Shown: positions 61,441 through 64,000 of the stretch, piece after piece
How positions within the stretch are numbered: the first letter of the stretch is position 1
Layout: every line of letters starts with the position of its first letter
Origin: Lachnospiraceae bacterium
GTDB taxonomy: Bacteria; Bacillota; Clostridia; Lachnospirales; Lachnospiraceae
DNA length: 64,000 nucleotides
Assembly: GCA_017962825.1 (NCBI GenBank)
Contig: JAGCUO010000201.1
Coordinates: forward strand, 69,052-133,051
Direction of reading: 5' to 3'
Made by a program: the position numbers and the translations under genes
Notes under the pieces: model-generated
What the model saw: only the letters and a program-made list of their open reading frames with translations
Databases searched by the model: none
Told to the model about the DNA's origin: nothing

Positions 61441-62004
61441 TTACTCTCCCTTTTCGATCTTACGAAGGAACAAATGCATATTGCCTTTGTACTCTTTCCT
61501 TCTGACTATTTCAAATCCAACGCTTTCAGTATAGCTGAAATCGCTTTTTTTGTCAGCCTCAATTATGATGAGGGTATCGCGGTCCACATACTTCATATAG
61601 GACAGCTGTTTAAGGACATTTTTCTCATAATCCTTCATATAGGGAGCGTCCATATGGATGATATCGATATGCTTCTCATATACGGACTGGAGTCCGGCAA
61701 CGGCATCCTGCTTAAGTATGACAGATTTCTCGGTCATCTTAGTAAATGCCACATTCTCCGTAATGCACTTAATAGGTTCTTTACCGTTATCGATAAAATA
61801 AACCTTTTTGGCACCACGGCTGAGTGCTTCTATACCTATCTGGCCGCTTCCGGCAAAGAGGTCGATCCAGACCGAACCGGCAACATCCCCCTGAATGATG
61901 TTGAACAGGGTCTCTTTTATAATATCCTGCGTAGGTCTTGTAATGTCCTCACCGACAGGAGTCTTCAATGGCATAGATCTGCATTCACCCGCTATTACTC
62001 TCAT
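61441..62004 (-). CDS. rsmD: 16S rRNA m2G966 methyltransferase RsmD
   Basis: MRVIAG, TRPT, KE.LFN, DLFAGSG.IGIEALSRGA, DAPY (DPPY variant). Confidence 0.93.
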   Translation of the reverse strand: MRVIAGECRSMPLKTPVGEDITRPTQDIIKETLFNIIQGDVAGSVWIDLFAGSGQIGIEALSRGAKKVYFIDNGKEPIKCITENVAFTKMTEKSVILKQDAVAGLQSVYEKHIDIIHMDAPYMKDYEKNVLKQLSYMKYVDRDTLIIIEADKKSDFSYTESVGFEIVRRKEYKGNMHLFLRKIEKGE

Positions 62005-62030
62005 AGCCAAGTCCTTTCCAATTTATCCAC

Positions 62031-62221
62031 GGCCGCATTGAGCGTGTAATAATTTTTCTGCTCATGCACCGTCTGCACTAAGTTCGCTTTCGTCGTCCAA
62101 AAGCTGATTGCTTCTGCGGAACTCGCTTCGCTCAAACAGTCCTCGAAGCAATCATGGACAACTCACCTCACTAAGTGCAACGGTAAAATCGCATAAAAAT
62201 CATTACACCGCCCAATACGCC
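62031..62221. repeat. About 190-nt nested imperfect inverted repeat (REP/MITE-like element or structured RNA)
   Basis: Arms GTGTAAT/ATTACAC, ACCGT/ACGGT, TGCACT/AGTGCA, GTCCA/TGGAC and TGATTGCTTC/GAAGCAATCA enclose AACTCGCTTCGCTCAAACAG. Confidence 0.75.
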
Positions 62222-62226
62222 CTGTT

Positions 62227-64000
62227 TTATGCTTTGATCTTGGTACCCTTTGAACCTCTTCCCAGCAACTTAATAGAGTTGAGGGATATGGTTCTTGTAC
62301 CGTATTCTATCATGTTTTCGGAAACAATGTCGGTGATGTATGCGTTTTCGACTTTATCGGAGCCGTCGAGTTTCATGCCTTTGACACCGGCCGCAGTCTT
62401 CTTCATCTCGGGGATCTCGGAGATGTTGAAGCGTATGAAGTAGCCGCCGGAGGACTGGAGGATTACATTCTCCTCGGTTCTGACCTTGCGGATGGCTACG
62501 ATCTTGTCGCCCTCGCCCAGTTTCGTGGCGGTAACGGTTCGTCTGGAGCTTACATCAAATTCGGGACCGCCGGTAACCTTGCACATGGAGGCAGCGGTTA
62601 CGAAGAGGTATTTGCCGAGAAGCACGGTTGAAAGATCCTCTGCGTAAATGATCATGTCATCAGATGAGTCGAAATTCGTGATGTTATCGACCGGTACACC
62701 CTTGTCACGGAACTTTGACATGGGAAGATCCAGCATTTTGATAGTATGCATCTGACCGTTTTCGGTAAATACGGCAATTCTACCGTTATTACGAACAGGC
62801 AGGCAGAATTTGATCTCTTCGGCAATTGCTTCCTTGTTTCTTTCGAAGGTAGCTGTATCGATCATCTTGCAGTATCCGAATCTGTCCATGAGGAAATAAA
62901 CATCCATTTCTTCGAATTCTTTTTCCTTGTAGACAGCTTCTTCAGCATTTTCAATTGCAGTCTTACGCTTGCTTGTGAATTCCTTCTTAAGGCCCTCAAG
63001 ATCTGTAATTATGACCTGGGTCATGGACTCTTTTCTATCGAGGATATCTTCATAACGATAGATGTTTGCAAGGGTATTTTCGTGATCTTTATTGAGAGCA
63101 TCGATCTCGAGTCCGATCAAACGATACAGTCTCATATCCAGAATGGCTTTTGCCTGTCTTTCGGTGAAAAGAAGCTGGGAAGCCATGATCGATGATTCTT
63201 TGGTCTTAAACTTGATTCCGTCAGTGATACCGCGTACAAGGCAATCTTCTGCCATCTTACGGTCACGGGATCCCCTGATGATCTCAATGATAAGGTCGAT
63301 CAGGTTACAAGCTTTGATAAGACCTTCCTGGATCTCCTTCTTATCCATTTCCTTGGAAAGGAGGTTGTTGTATTTTCTGGTATTGATCTCATACTGGAAA
63401 TCAGCGATGGCGCCAAGAACGGACCTAAGGGACATAGTCTCCGGTCTTCCGTCCTTAATGGCCAGCATGTTTACTCCGAATGTATCTTCAAGATGAGTCT
63501 TCTTATACAGGAGGTTTATGAAGTTTTCCGCATCCGCATCTTTTTTAAGTTCGATGACGATACGGATCCCCTCCTTGGATGACTGGTTGGAAATATCAAC
63601 GATATCCTGAGTCTTCTTGGATTCGGAAAGGTTAGCAACTTCCTGAAGGAATTTACCGATACCCGCACCTACCATGGTATAGGGGATCTCGGATATAACA
63701 ACGTTCTGATGTCCGTTCTTAAGCTTTTCGACGGAAGCCACACCACGGATCCTTACCTTGCCCTGACCGGTCTCATAAATATTCTTCAGATCATCCTTAT
63801 TGATGATGATGCCACCGGTAGGGAAATCGGGACCTTTAATATATCTCATGAGTTCTCTGGTAGAGATCTCAGGATTCATAATATAAGCTTTGAGAGCATC
63901 AATGGTCTCGCCAAAGTTATGAGGAGGGATGTTCGTAGCCATACCGACTGCGATACCCTCGGAACCGTTTATCAAAAGATTGGGAATGCGGCAAGGAAGA
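62227..64000 (-). CDS. Type IIA topoisomerase A subunit (ParC-like or GyrA), 5' end outside the window
   Basis: IPNLLINGSEGIAVGMATNIPPHN, GPDFPTGG, QAKAILDMRL. The CTD looks shortened with no clear GyrA-box, favouring ParC. Confidence 0.9.
   Translation of the reverse strand, partial: LPCRIPNLLINGSEGIAVGMATNIPPHNFGETIDALKAYIMNPEISTRELMRYIKGPDFPTGGIIINKDDLKNIYETGQGKVRIRGVASVEKLKNGHQNVVISEIPYTMVGAGIGKFLQEVANLSESKKTQDIVDISNQSSKEGIRIVIELKKDADAENFINLLYKKTHLEDTFGVNMLAIKDGRPETMSLRSVLGAIADFQYEINTRKYNNLLSKEMDKKEIQEGLIKACNLIDLIIEIIRGSRDRKMAEDCLVRGITDGIKFKTKESSIMASQLLFTERQAKAILDMRLYRLIGLEIDALNKDHENTLANIYRYEDILDRKESMTQVIITDLEGLKKEFTSKRKTAIENAEEAVYKEKEFEEMDVYFLMDRFGYCKMIDTATFERNKEAIAEEIKFCLPVRNNGRIAVFTENGQMHTIKMLDLPMSKFRDKGVPVDNITNFDSSDDMIIYAEDLSTVLLGKYLFVTAASMCKVTGGPEFDVSSRRTVTATKLGEGDKIVAIRKVRTEENVILQSSGGYFIRFNISEIPEMKKTAAGVKGMKLDGSDKVENAYITDIVSENMIEYGTRTISLNSIKLLGRGSKGTKIKA

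Noticed and set aside
62108-62443. 111-aa plus-strand ORF over the hairpin and the parC 3' end
   Set aside because: No clear RBS, antisense to the topoisomerase gene, no recognisable motif.
1-64000. CRISPR arrays, tRNA/rRNA genes, IS elements
   Set aside because: No regularly spaced repeats, cloverleaf or rRNA signatures, or transposase ORFs seen; intergenic gaps are short and mostly explained.

Overview
A 64-kb core-chromosome segment from a low-GC Firmicute; gene content and order suggest Lachnospiraceae (Butyrivibrio-like), which is an inference. About 0-38 kb is mostly + strand: miaB-mutS-mutL-miaA, radC-mreBCD-pbp2-minC-rodA-mgsA, yggS-sepF-aroB-lspA-rluD, rplU-prp-rpmA-obgE-yhbY-yqeK-rsfS, the lexA/yneA SOS locus, an XerS-like recombinase, dtd, aroK and an aminotransferase. 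About 38-64 kb is almost all - strand: RNase G, a radical SAM pair, the his operon, recU, coaD-rsmD and a parC/gyrA gene. I found no rRNA, tRNA, CRISPR array, transposase or prophage. Main oddities: (1) a probable replication terminus with an XerS-like recombinase, a difSL-like candidate site and an apparent ~15-kb inversion centred on them; (2) a D-aminoacyl-tRNA deacylase fused in frame to a GAF-like/GGDEF diguanylate cyclase; (3) a cytoplasmic signalling cassette (double receiver, PocR hybrid kinase, LacI protein without HTH) inserted into the radical SAM/RNase G operon; (4) a frameshifted sensory [FeFe]-hydrogenase-like chemoreceptor; (5) a ~190-nt strand-biased hairpin between parC and rsmD; (6) minC without minDE next to an MreB with degenerate ATPase motifs. 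All assignments come from motif recognition and recalled gene order; no searches were run.
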